IMG/VR virus record: IMGVR_UViG_3300032335_001108
Span: 1 to 27,483 of that record
Direction: 5' to 3' (one strand)
DNA length: 27,483 nucleotides
DNA from: a virus
Taxonomy: Duplodnaviria > Caudoviricetes
Both the position numbers and the translations under genes were made by a program. The notes below the pieces were generated by a model, which worked only from the letters and a program-made list of their open reading frames with translations, was not told the origin of the DNA and searched no databases. Positions 1-7,325 of the stretch are shown one piece after another (the first letter of the stretch is position 1; the number at the start of each line of letters is the position of its first letter).

Positions 1-1
1 C

Positions 2-79
2 CTCACGCAATCACTGCTTCTTCAAGAGGACGATTTCAGTATCCTCCAAGAAGACAACTCCTATATCTGGCTGGAGTAG
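2..79 (+). CDS. 3' end of a small virion/tail-associated protein (partial)
   Basis: Open frame from the window edge, LTQSLLLQEDDFSILQEDNSYIWLE*, stop 6 nt before the next ATG. The twice-repeated LLQED motif is typical of short phage proteins preceding tail fibres. Confidence 0.65.
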   Translation, partial: LTQSLLLQEDDFSILQEDNSYIWLE

Positions 80-85
80 CCTCAG

Positions 86-1345
86 ATGCCCGACTCAAGA
101 ATTTCCGCGCTTCCTAGCGCTACATCGCCCCTCGCAGGCACTGAAGTCCTGCCCATCGTCCAGAGCGGCACGACCGATAAGGTCACGGCTGCAAACCTGC
201 TGCGACAAAGCGGACAAACCGTCACCACGTCCAACCCTGTCCTTAGCCTCGCCCAAACGTGGAACGACGGGGCTGTGACGTTTACGGGTCTGCTGTTCAA
301 CGCGACGAACACCGCGTCGGCCTCGGCGTCGATGCTTATGGACCTGCAGGTCGGGGGCACTAGCCAGTTTAACGTGACTAGGGCGGGGGCGGTTTCTGCC
401 ACCTCCGGTTTTGCCGCTGGGGCCAAGGTTCTTATCGACGTCGGCGTGCCCGGCCTATCTTTGTCGTCGGAAAGCACAATCGCGTGGTCGTCCACTACAA
501 ATTACTTCAACACCAAAGATTTGATCCTCACCAGAGACGCTGCCCAAACCCTCGCCCAACGCAACAGCACGAACGCTCAGGTCTTCCGCGTCTACAACAC
601 CTACACGGACGCTTCGAACTACGAGCGGCTGGCTATCGAGTTCTCAAGCAACAACGCCTTCATTCGCACGCAGAACGGCGGCACCGGATCGCAGCGTAGC
701 CTGTTCTTCGACGGGGACGACCTTACCTTCCGCACGCGCGGCACCAGCCGCTGGACTATCGGTGCATCCACGGGACACCTGCTTGCCGTCGCAGACAACA
801 CCTACGACATCGGAGCCTCAGGCGCGACCCGGCCTAGGAGTGTGTACGTCGGTTCGAATATAGTAACGGGCACGCAAATCCAAGCCGGGAGCTTTATTAC
901 CGCCGGAAACGGGACGTATATAGGTATTACCAGTTCATTCTTCATGGATAGCGCTTCAAGCGGCGTAGTTGCTATAAAAAACTGGGCAGGCACCGATTTC
1001 TCCCGTCTCCAGTTCGGCGGGACGACGAGTAGCTTCCCGGCTTTGCGCCGGACGGGTACGTCCGTTGAAGCGGTCCTCGCGGACAACAGCGCCTACACAG
1101 GCTTCAACGCCGACAACATCACGGCAGCGACCAACAGAGCGATTGCGGCGGGAGGCCTCGCGGGGGTGGGTTACAAGCTCTCGACGACGGCCAACTTCGG
1201 CGTCTTCTTCGGCTCGGGCGCGCCTACTATCAGCGCGGCCCAAGGCTCCCTCTATCTCCGCTCGGATGGCTCAGGTACCACCAACCGTATGTACGTCAAC
1301 ACTGACGGCTCCACGACTTGGACCGCTGTAACGACCGTGGCCTAA
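86..1345 (+). CDS. Tail fibre / receptor-binding protein
   Basis: 419 aa, G/S/T/A/N-rich and beta-type. N-terminal anchor RISALPSATSPLAGTEVLPIVQSGTTDKV, internal DNTYDIGASGATRPRSVYV and C-terminal GAPTISAAQGSLYLRSDG..MYVNTDGSTTW motifs are common in phage fibres. GGAG SD at 73-76. Confidence 0.8.
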   Translation: MPDSRISALPSATSPLAGTEVLPIVQSGTTDKVTAANLLRQSGQTVTTSNPVLSLAQTWNDGAVTFTGLLFNATNTASASASMLMDLQVGGTSQFNVTRAGAVSATSGFAAGAKVLIDVGVPGLSLSSESTIAWSSTTNYFNTKDLILTRDAAQTLAQRNSTNAQVFRVYNTYTDASNYERLAIEFSSNNAFIRTQNGGTGSQRSLFFDGDDLTFRTRGTSRWTIGASTGHLLAVADNTYDIGASGATRPRSVYVGSNIVTGTQIQAGSFITAGNGTYIGITSSFFMDSASSGVVAIKNWAGTDFSRLQFGGTTSSFPALRRTGTSVEAVLADNSAYTGFNADNITAATNRAIAAGGLAGVGYKLSTTANFGVFFGSGAPTISAAQGSLYLRSDGSGTTNRMYVNTDGSTTWTAVTTVA

Positions 1346-1357
1346 AGGATAAACACA

Positions 1358-1795
1358 ATGACTGACATCACCTACACCTACACTATCAACTCCATGTCCT
1401 GTTACCCCCTCTACAACACCGAGAACGACGTCGTTTTCCAAGTGCTGTGGACCCTCACCGGGACCAACGGTGTTCAGACCTCAAGCTACTCGGGTCCCAC
1501 GATCCTGCCCGTTCCGCAAGGTGACGATTTCACGCCTTATAACGAGCTCACAGAACCCCAAGTCATCGGCTGGGTGGAGACGCAGACGGACCCGGAGTAC
1601 CTCGCTAACGCTCACCAGTGGATCGCGGACGACATCGCTGCTAAGGAAAACCCCCCGGTAGTCACCCCTCCCCTGCCGTGGACTCCTGAAGAAGCCCCGG
1701 TCGAAGCCGAAGCCGAAGTCGAAACCCCGGTTGAAGCCGAAGCCGAAGCCGAAGCCGAAGCCGAACCCCAAACCCCTGAAGAAGAGCAAGTCTAA
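1358..1795 (+). CDS. Acidic fibre-associated protein (tail fibre assembly/chaperone-like) with Glu-Ala tail
   Basis: 145 aa directly after the fibre; AAGGA SD. Pattern YTYTINSM..VVFQVLW..FTPYNELTEPQVIGWV..PPLPW recurs downstream of phage fibres. Confidence 0.65.
   Translation: MTDITYTYTINSMSCYPLYNTENDVVFQVLWTLTGTNGVQTSSYSGPTILPVPQGDDFTPYNELTEPQVIGWVETQTDPEYLANAHQWIADDIAAKENPPVVTPPLPWTPEEAPVEAEAEVETPVEAEAEAEAEAEPQTPEEEQV
1691..1768 (+). repeat. GAAGCC hexamer microsatellite / 30-nt duplication encoding (EA)n
   Basis: Five perfect GAAGCC copies at 1733-1762; 1691-1720 and 1721-1750 are near-identical 30-mers. Confidence 0.9.
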
Positions 1796-1962
1796 TGTTT
1801 CAACTGAACCTTACGCCTGAGCAAATGCAGGTCCTCGCGGGCCTGCTGGACGCCGCTATCAAGACTGTCGGTGTGCGGGCTATGGAAGACGACGTGGTTG
1901 ACCTGTTCCGCGCCATTAAAAGCGCGACCCCTCCGGCCTCGCCGGAAGAACCAGAAGGCTAA
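1795..1962 (+). CDS. Small hypothetical protein (55 aa), not in the ORF track
   Basis: ATG overlaps the upstream stop (TAATG). MFQLNLTPEQMQVLAGLLDAAIKTVGVRAMEDDVVDLFRAIKSATPPASPEEPEG* fills the gap to the next gene. Confidence 0.75.
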   Translation: MFQLNLTPEQMQVLAGLLDAAIKTVGVRAMEDDVVDLFRAIKSATPPASPEEPEG

Positions 1963-1967
1963 ACAAG

Positions 1968-2240
1968 ATGCGATCCAGTCGGGGTATGGGTGATATCCGC
2001 CCGTCCAAGATGCCCAAGGGTAAGATGACTCGGCGCAAAGATAAGCCCGAGGACGTCACGATGTACGCCAAGGGCGACTGGATCAAAGGTGCTGTGAAGA
2101 AGCCCGGGGCCTTGCGCGAGCAGCTCGGAGCCAAGCCGGGAAAACCCATCCCTGCCAAGAAACTGGCTGCCGCCGCCAAGGCCCCGGGTAAACTCGGACA
2201 ACGCGCCCGACTGGCGCAGACGCTGAAGACGTTTAAGTAG
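1968..2240 (+). CDS. Small highly basic phage protein
   Basis: 90 aa, K/R/G/A-rich, with the WIKGAVKKPGALREQLG..KLGQRARLAQTL motif seen in phage late regions; abuts the next ATG. Confidence 0.8.
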   Translation: MRSSRGMGDIRPSKMPKGKMTRRKDKPEDVTMYAKGDWIKGAVKKPGALREQLGAKPGKPIPAKKLAAAAKAPGKLGQRARLAQTLKTFK

Positions 2241-2633
2241 ATGGCGCGCACGGACGAAGCCAAGTGGAAGCGCACCGTCGCGGCGGTGAAAGCCGGGGAC
2301 AAGGGCGGCAAGCCGGGCCAATGGTCCGCGCGCAAGGCACAACTCGCTACCCAGCGCTACAAGAAATCCGGTGGGGGTTACAGCGGCCCTAAAACCGAAG
2401 CGCAGAAGTCTCTGTCGAAGTGGACCGACGAGGACTGGGGAACTAAGTCGGGCAAGCCCTCCACACAGGGGCCTAAAGCCACGGGTGAGCGCTATCTGCC
2501 GAAAGCAGCGCGGCAAGCCCTGACACCTGCGGAGTACAGCGCCACAAGTAAGGCGAAACGCGAAGGCACCAAGGCGGGCAAACAGTTCGTGAAGCAGCCT
2601 GCAGCCATAGCTAAAAAGACAGCTAGGGTGTGA
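2241..2633 (+). CDS. Basic protein, DUF5872-like
   Basis: 130 aa with KGGKPGQWSARKAQL..YKKSGGGY..QKSLSKWTDEDW..ERYLPK, recognised from memory as the DUF5872-type signature. Confidence 0.75.
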   Translation: MARTDEAKWKRTVAAVKAGDKGGKPGQWSARKAQLATQRYKKSGGGYSGPKTEAQKSLSKWTDEDWGTKSGKPSTQGPKATGERYLPKAARQALTPAEYSATSKAKREGTKAGKQFVKQPAAIAKKTARV

Positions 2634-2637
2634 CCCC

Positions 2638-3147
2638 ATGGCACCCGTCTCAGATTTACGGCGTGCCCAGCTCAGAGAGTACTACAAAGCGAACCGAGAG
2701 CGGGCTCTGGCCCGTGCGCGGAAGTACTACTACACCAAGACAAAGCCCAAGATAGCTCTGGAGACCCCGGAAGAGGCGGTAACCAGAAGGGCCAAGGCTA
2801 ACGCAGCAGCGAAGAAGAGCGGTTCGCGGCAACGGCGTCGAGTGCTCAGGCCGCTGGAGTACATGCTGCTCCGGGCCCGCAACCGGGCCGCTACCTACGG
2901 ACGGGAGTTCAGCATCACCGCAGAGGACCTGTATATCCCTGAGGTATGCCCCCTGCTTGGTATCACGCTATCCCTAACAGACCCCAACTTAGCCCACCGT
3001 CCGTCGATAGACAGAATAGACTCGAACAAAGGCTACATTCCGGGTAATGTCTGGGTCGTAAGTAACAGAGCCAACCGCTTGAAGAGCGACGCTACTGCTG
3101 ACGAGCTTATCAGGATCGGCTTAGCGCTTAAAGGGCGTACGTCATGA
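2638..3147 (+). CDS. Free-standing HNH-like (His-Me finger) endonuclease
   Basis: Basic N-terminal arm, then CPLLG..HRPSIDRIDSNKGYIPGNVWVVSNRANRLK, the phage SxDRID..GY..GN..N HNH variant. Stop overlaps the next ATG (ATGA). Confidence 0.8.
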   Translation: MAPVSDLRRAQLREYYKANRERALARARKYYYTKTKPKIALETPEEAVTRRAKANAAAKKSGSRQRRRVLRPLEYMLLRARNRAATYGREFSITAEDLYIPEVCPLLGITLSLTDPNLAHRPSIDRIDSNKGYIPGNVWVVSNRANRLKSDATADELIRIGLALKGRTS

Positions 3148-3848
3148 CCACTTCCGGCACCAGCACTTTCAATCTGAGTATTCTCGATATCATCGAGGAA
3201 GCAACGGAGCGCTGCGGGGCTGAAGTGCGCTCGGGTTATGATCTTCGTACGGCGCGCCGCAGTCTTAACCTTATGTTTGCTGAGTGGGCGAATAAGGGGT
3301 ACAACCTCTGGACTGTCGAGCAAGGCTCCATCCCGCTTACTCAGGGTACGATTACTTATAACCTTCCCGTCGATACTGTGGACCTTGTTGACCAAGTGAT
3401 CCGGACCCAGACCGGCGCTAACCAGACTGATATCAATATCTCGCGGATCAGCCTCGACACCTACTCCACGATCCCGAACAAGAACACCCAAGGCCGACCT
3501 ATCCAAGTCTGGATCAACAGGTTGTCGGGCGCTACGGACCCGTCTGGTGTCGTGTACCCCACGATCAATGTGTGGCCTGCGCCGGATCAGAGCAACTACT
3601 ACACCTTTGTCTACTGGCGGCTGCGCCGCATTCAGGACGGCGGCAACGGCGCTACGACTCAAGATATCCCCTTCCGGTTCCTCCCGGCGCTGGTGGCGGG
3701 GCTGGCCTATCACCTCGCGCTAAAAATCCCCGATGCCCTCCCGCGCGTGGAGATGCTGAAGATCATGTACGAAGAGCAGTTCCAGCTGGCGGCGGATGAA
3801 GACCGCGAGAAGGCCCCACTGCGCATCTCTCCGCGTATCAGCTACTAG
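3144..3848 (+). CDS. Head-tail adaptor-like virion protein (paralogue 1)
   Basis: 234 aa; N-terminal helices (IIEEATERCG..ARRSLNLMFAEW), beta-rich middle (GRP..VWPAPD) and C-terminal helices (FLPALVAGLAYHLA). Layout matches podovirus adaptor proteins. Confidence 0.7.
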   Translation: MTTSGTSTFNLSILDIIEEATERCGAEVRSGYDLRTARRSLNLMFAEWANKGYNLWTVEQGSIPLTQGTITYNLPVDTVDLVDQVIRTQTGANQTDINISRISLDTYSTIPNKNTQGRPIQVWINRLSGATDPSGVVYPTINVWPAPDQSNYYTFVYWRLRRIQDGGNGATTQDIPFRFLPALVAGLAYHLALKIPDALPRVEMLKIMYEEQFQLAADEDREKAPLRISPRISY

Positions 3849-3857
3849 GGGCGCGAT

Positions 3858-4364
3858 ATGGACGTTACGAGTGACTTGTTCTGCGCTTGGGCTGCCGGTT
3901 TTTTCGACGGCGAAGGCTGTGTACTCGTTACCATCTCGCGTAGTGAGCGTTGTCGGCACGGCTTTAGGACCGTGCTCCAAGCGCACGTAACCCAAACGAG
4001 CACGCCCTGCCTAGAACTTTTCAAGTCGCGCTGGGGCGGTAAAATTACTACTTCGGAGTACCGGTGCCCTACAGGACGTAGGTGGGCCGTGCAGCACCGC
4101 TGGGACGTAAAAAACGGGGACGCGGTACCTTTCCTAAAAGATATCTTCCCCTACGCCGTCGTTAAACGCGAACAGATTGCTGCGGCGCTGCGGTATCCGC
4201 TGCTTTCCCCCGACGGACGTAAATACGGGAACACGACAAACCCGATACCCGAAGACGTGCAAAACACACGGGTAGCTATCAGCCACGAACTTCGCGCCTT
4301 GCGCGCCAGCAGCAAGGTCCTAGCGAAAGAGTGGGTACCGGTGGAGGGACGCAATGCCGAGTAA
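3858..4364 (+). CDS. Free-standing single-motif LAGLIDADG homing endonuclease
   Basis: WAAGFFDGEGCV motif near the N-terminus, then VTQT..LELFKSRWGG and FLKDIFPYAVVKREQ, characteristic of I-CreI-like proteins. Confidence 0.85.
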   Translation: MDVTSDLFCAWAAGFFDGEGCVLVTISRSERCRHGFRTVLQAHVTQTSTPCLELFKSRWGGKITTSEYRCPTGRRWAVQHRWDVKNGDAVPFLKDIFPYAVVKREQIAAALRYPLLSPDGRKYGNTTNPIPEDVQNTRVAISHELRALRASSKVLAKEWVPVEGRNAE

Positions 4365-4758
4365 ATTTGCCTCCGGCAAGCGGGCCTTCGGGTATTGTGA
4401 TTATTGTAGTTTCCGTTACCCGCTAAAGGCGCTTAAGCCTCTTGTAATCAAGACCAAGTCCACAAACATTCTTGTTTGTCCTTCTTGCTGGGTGCAAGAC
4501 CAGCCACAGTTGCAGATCGGTATGTACCCGATCAACGACCCTCAAGCCCTGCGTAACCCCCGTCCGGACAATACTTTCTGGCAATCAGGGCTTGGTGGGC
4601 TGCAGCTTACTACGACGGACTACGGGACTCCCGGTGAAGGCAGTAGAGTGATACAGTGGGGGTGGGCCCCGGTAGGTCTTAACGACCCCTTGGATTTGTC
4701 CGGTCTTACGAATACACTGGTTGCTGTAGGCGCGGTCGGGACGGTAACTGTCTCGTAA
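4354..4758 (+). CDS. Zn-ribbon (CxxC..CxxC) late protein
   Basis: CDYC and CPSC pairs plus DQPQL..DPQALRNPRPD; GGAGG SD at 4342-4346. Confidence 0.75.
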   Translation: MPSKFASGKRAFGYCDYCSFRYPLKALKPLVIKTKSTNILVCPSCWVQDQPQLQIGMYPINDPQALRNPRPDNTFWQSGLGGLQLTTTDYGTPGEGSRVIQWGWAPVGLNDPLDLSGLTNTLVAVGAVGTVTVS

Positions 4759-4770
4759 AGGAGAAACCCC

Positions 4771-4917
4771 GTGGTCAAGAACGAAAACAAGGTCAAGTCG
4801 GTCCCGGTGCCTAACACCTCGGGCTACCCCAACAAGACCGCCAACACCCAGACGCTGCGCACCCGTGGGACCAAGAACACCCAGCGCGGTAACAGCTCCA
4901 GCACCAAGATGGGTTAA
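4771..4917 (+). CDS. Small basic protein (48 aa), not in the ORF track
   Basis: Strong AAGGAG SD at 4758-4763 and GTG start. MVKNENKVKSVPVPNTSGYPNKTANTQTLRTRGTKNTQRGNSSSTKMG* fills the gap. Confidence 0.75.
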   Translation: MVKNENKVKSVPVPNTSGYPNKTANTQTLRTRGTKNTQRGNSSSTKMG

Positions 4918-4923
4918 GGACTC

Positions 4924-5589
4924 GTGTCCACATACGCGGAACTTTCCAGCGCACTTCAGGCGACGCTAGAGAACGACTTCCCAACGTCTGTGGGCACTGC
5001 TCCCTTGACGTCGGCGGAGCAGATCGCGCTGTTCTTCAGGAACGCTGAACTTCGGATACAGAACGCGGTCCAGCTCCCGGTGTCCCGGAAGACCGGGACT
5101 GTTACGACTGTGGCCAACACCTCTACGGTAGCGACACCTGCGGACTGGTTGGCGAGCTATTCCGTCGCCCTGATCACACCCGTGACCCTCGCCTACAACT
5201 TCCTGCTCAACAAAGACGTTGAGTACATCCGGGAGGCTTTTCCAGCCGTGCTGTCCACCGGGACGCCGCTGTATTACGCCCTGCAAGACAACGATACTTT
5301 TCTCCTCGGCCCTACGCCGGACGCCACCTACACGCTGTCGCTGAACTACTATTATTACCCTGAGTCTATCACGACGGCAGGTACGTCTTGGATCGGCGAT
5401 ACTTTCCCGAATGTCCTGCTCTACGCCGCTCTGGTCGAGGGCTACACCTTCATGAAGGGCGAAGCTGACGTCGTTGCTCAGTACGAAAAGCTCTACAGCG
5501 ACGGTCTGGACGAGCTGAAGCAGTTCGCTGAAGGTATGAATAGGCAGGATACTTACCGCACGCAGCAAGTTAGGTACCCAGTGCGATGA
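4924..5589 (+). CDS. Head-tail adaptor / tail tubular A-like protein (paralogue 2)
   Basis: TYAEL..FFRNAELRI N-terminus, GTPLYYA..LGPTPDATY core and PNVLLYAALVEGYTFMK C-terminal helix; TAAGGA SD. Confidence 0.7.
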   Translation: MSTYAELSSALQATLENDFPTSVGTAPLTSAEQIALFFRNAELRIQNAVQLPVSRKTGTVTTVANTSTVATPADWLASYSVALITPVTLAYNFLLNKDVEYIREAFPAVLSTGTPLYYALQDNDTFLLGPTPDATYTLSLNYYYYPESITTAGTSWIGDTFPNVLLYAALVEGYTFMKGEADVVAQYEKLYSDGLDELKQFAEGMNRQDTYRTQQVRYPVR

Positions 5590-6059
5590 GCATTTTTCAA
5601 GGTCTTACCAGCTCGTTCAAGGCACAAGTACTGCTCGGGGTCCACGACTTCCGGGCAACGGGGGGCGATACCTTTAAGATCGCGCTCTACGACTCTACTG
5701 CTGATCTCAACGCCAACACGACTGCGTATACCGCCACAGGCGAAGTCACAGGTACTAACTACGTCGCCGGAGGCAGAACTCTTACTAACCTTGGGGTAAC
5801 GACCGACAGCGCTTCGACGACTTCGGGCGTAGGCTTCACGTCCTTTTCGCCTGTAGTTTTCACCAACGTCACCGTCGTGGCGCGCGGAGCGCTTATCTAC
5901 AACACAACCCCCTCCGCTACGGGCGCCAACAACGCTACACTGACCAACCCTGCGGTCTGCGTGCTGGACTTTGGTGCAGACAAGGCGGTGACTGCCGCCG
6001 CTCTGACGATTACCTTCCCTACAAACACGGCGGACGACGCCATTATCCGGATCGCGTAA
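5586..6059 (+). CDS. Tail structural protein
   Basis: 157 aa with SFKAQVLLGVHDF..FKIALY..EVTGTNYVAGG..ARGALIYN..VLDFGADK, a conserved phage virion-protein pattern; ATGA overlap. Confidence 0.7.
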   Translation: MSIFQGLTSSFKAQVLLGVHDFRATGGDTFKIALYDSTADLNANTTAYTATGEVTGTNYVAGGRTLTNLGVTTDSASTTSGVGFTSFSPVVFTNVTVVARGALIYNTTPSATGANNATLTNPAVCVLDFGADKAVTAAALTITFPTNTADDAIIRIA

Positions 6060-6524
6060 ATGCAGCTTTCCCCGAACTTCTCGCTCGAAGAGTTTACCAA
6101 GTCCCAGACAGGCGCTCGCCTCGGGATCGCCAACACACCTTCGGCGGCTCACCTTGCTAACCTGAAGACCCTCTGCGCAAAAGTGCTGGAGCCGGTACGG
6201 GCCCACTACGGTAAGCCGGTCCACATCAACAGCGGCTATCGCGGCCCTGCGCTTAACAAGGCGGTCGGCGGTGCCTCAACGAGCCAGCACTGCGCGGGAG
6301 AAGCTGCGGATATCGAAATCCCGGGCGTGGCAAACGGTGCCTTGGCTAAATGGATCGAGGCGAACCTCGAATACGACCAGCTTATCCTCGAGTGCTACAG
6401 CGCGGGTGTCCCTAACAGTGGTTGGGTTCATGTGAGCTTCAAAGCAGGCCACAACCGCAAGCAAGAGCTCACCGCAACGGTGGTGGGCGGCAAGATGAAA
6501 TACGCAGCAGGGCTGCATCTATAG
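6060..6524 (+). CDS. Endolysin, peptidase M15 (Zn peptidase, M15_3-like)
   Basis: LSPNFSLEEF..INSGYR..LNKAVGGASTSQHCAGEAADI..WVHVS; His, Asp and His Zn ligands are present; followed by holin and spanins. Confidence 0.9.
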   Translation: MQLSPNFSLEEFTKSQTGARLGIANTPSAAHLANLKTLCAKVLEPVRAHYGKPVHINSGYRGPALNKAVGGASTSQHCAGEAADIEIPGVANGALAKWIEANLEYDQLILECYSAGVPNSGWVHVSFKAGHNRKQELTATVVGGKMKYAAGLHL

Positions 6525-6533
6525 GGGCGGGTC

Positions 6534-6782
6534 ATGGGTAATCATTTGTTCAAACTCTTTGCGGGCAAGGACAACAAGACGCTTGATCTCGGTCGAGTGC
6601 TTTGGGCGATGAGCTTTATCTCGTACTTCTCCGCTACGTTCTTCGCGGTGTTCATGCACAACCAAGCGCTGGACTACGCCATGTGGGCCGTGGGGGCGGG
6701 CACTCTTCTCGCCGCAGGCGGCGGAGCTCTGGCGCTTAAGTCCGGCACGGAGCCGGACCACAAAGATACCCCCGATGCTTAA
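6534..6782 (+). CDS. Putative holin
   Basis: 82 aa with two hydrophobic segments (VLWAMSFISYFSATFFAVFM; AMWAVGAGTLLAAGGGALAL) and a charged C-terminus; lies between endolysin and spanins. Confidence 0.7.
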   Translation: MGNHLFKLFAGKDNKTLDLGRVLWAMSFISYFSATFFAVFMHNQALDYAMWAVGAGTLLAAGGGALALKSGTEPDHKDTPDA

Positions 6783-7167
6783 CTTCCTGCGCCCCTACCT
6801 GATCTACATTGTTCTCGCCGGTGCGGTGCTCTCAGCGGGGGCCGGGTACAAGCTCCGCGACATGCAGTGCAAAGCAGACGCAGCCAAGCAGATCGCCAAG
6901 GCGGCTGAAGAGCGCCTCAAGCTGCAGGCCGTTATCGACACGAAGTCCGCCCTCTACGAGGCGGAGCGGGATAGGGCCAGCGTAGTTAACACCGAACGAC
7001 ACAACACGATCAGGGAGATTTTCCGCGATGCGCCTGCCGTTAGTCCTGACTGTGCTGCTCCCCCTGAGCTTGGGCGCGTGCTCACACAAAGCGTTCTGGA
7101 CGCCAACAGTGCCGCGACTGGCACCCAATCTGGCAGCTCCGTGCCCGCCGCTGAACACACCCCCTGA
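6775..7167 (+). CDS. i-spanin (Rz-like)
   Basis: N-terminal TM helix (YLIYIVLAGAVLSAGAGY), coiled-coil body and C-proximal Cys. Confidence 0.8.
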   Translation: MLNFLRPYLIYIVLAGAVLSAGAGYKLRDMQCKADAAKQIAKAAEERLKLQAVIDTKSALYEAERDRASVVNTERHNTIREIFRDAPAVSPDCAAPPELGRVLTQSVLDANSAATGTQSGSSVPAAEHTP

Positions 7168-7291
7168 CCCCCTGCTGGACCCTGAGCGGGGGCTGTGGGA
7201 ACAAGACACTGTCGCCAAGTACGGCGACTGCGCGAGTAAGCACCGCAATACAGTAGAAGCGTGGCCCAAGCAGGGTAAAGATGGTAAGTAG
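7028..7291 (+). CDS. o-spanin lipoprotein (Rz1-like), overlapping the i-spanin
   Basis: Signal peptide MRLPLVLTVLLPLS plus lipobox LGAC; Pro-rich mature part with LAAPCPPL and YGDCASKH; starts inside Rz in another frame; GGGAG SD upstream. Confidence 0.85.
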   Translation: MRLPLVLTVLLPLSLGACSHKAFWTPTVPRLAPNLAAPCPPLNTPPDPLLDPERGLWEQDTVAKYGDCASKHRNTVEAWPKQGKDGK

Positions 7292-7325
7292 CCTCAACAC
7301 GACTCATTTGCCGTAAGGACGCGTT

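Noticed and set aside
3849-4364. Group I intron or intein hosting the LAGLIDADG ORF
   Set aside because: Flanking genes appear intact with their own stop and start, there is no non-coding space for a ribozyme core, and no intein splice residues in a host frame.
7309-7320. GCCGTAA(A)GG shared with 12861-12870 as a late promoter
   Set aside because: Only two copies, and the TAAGG part is explained as a ribosome-binding site; insufficient support.
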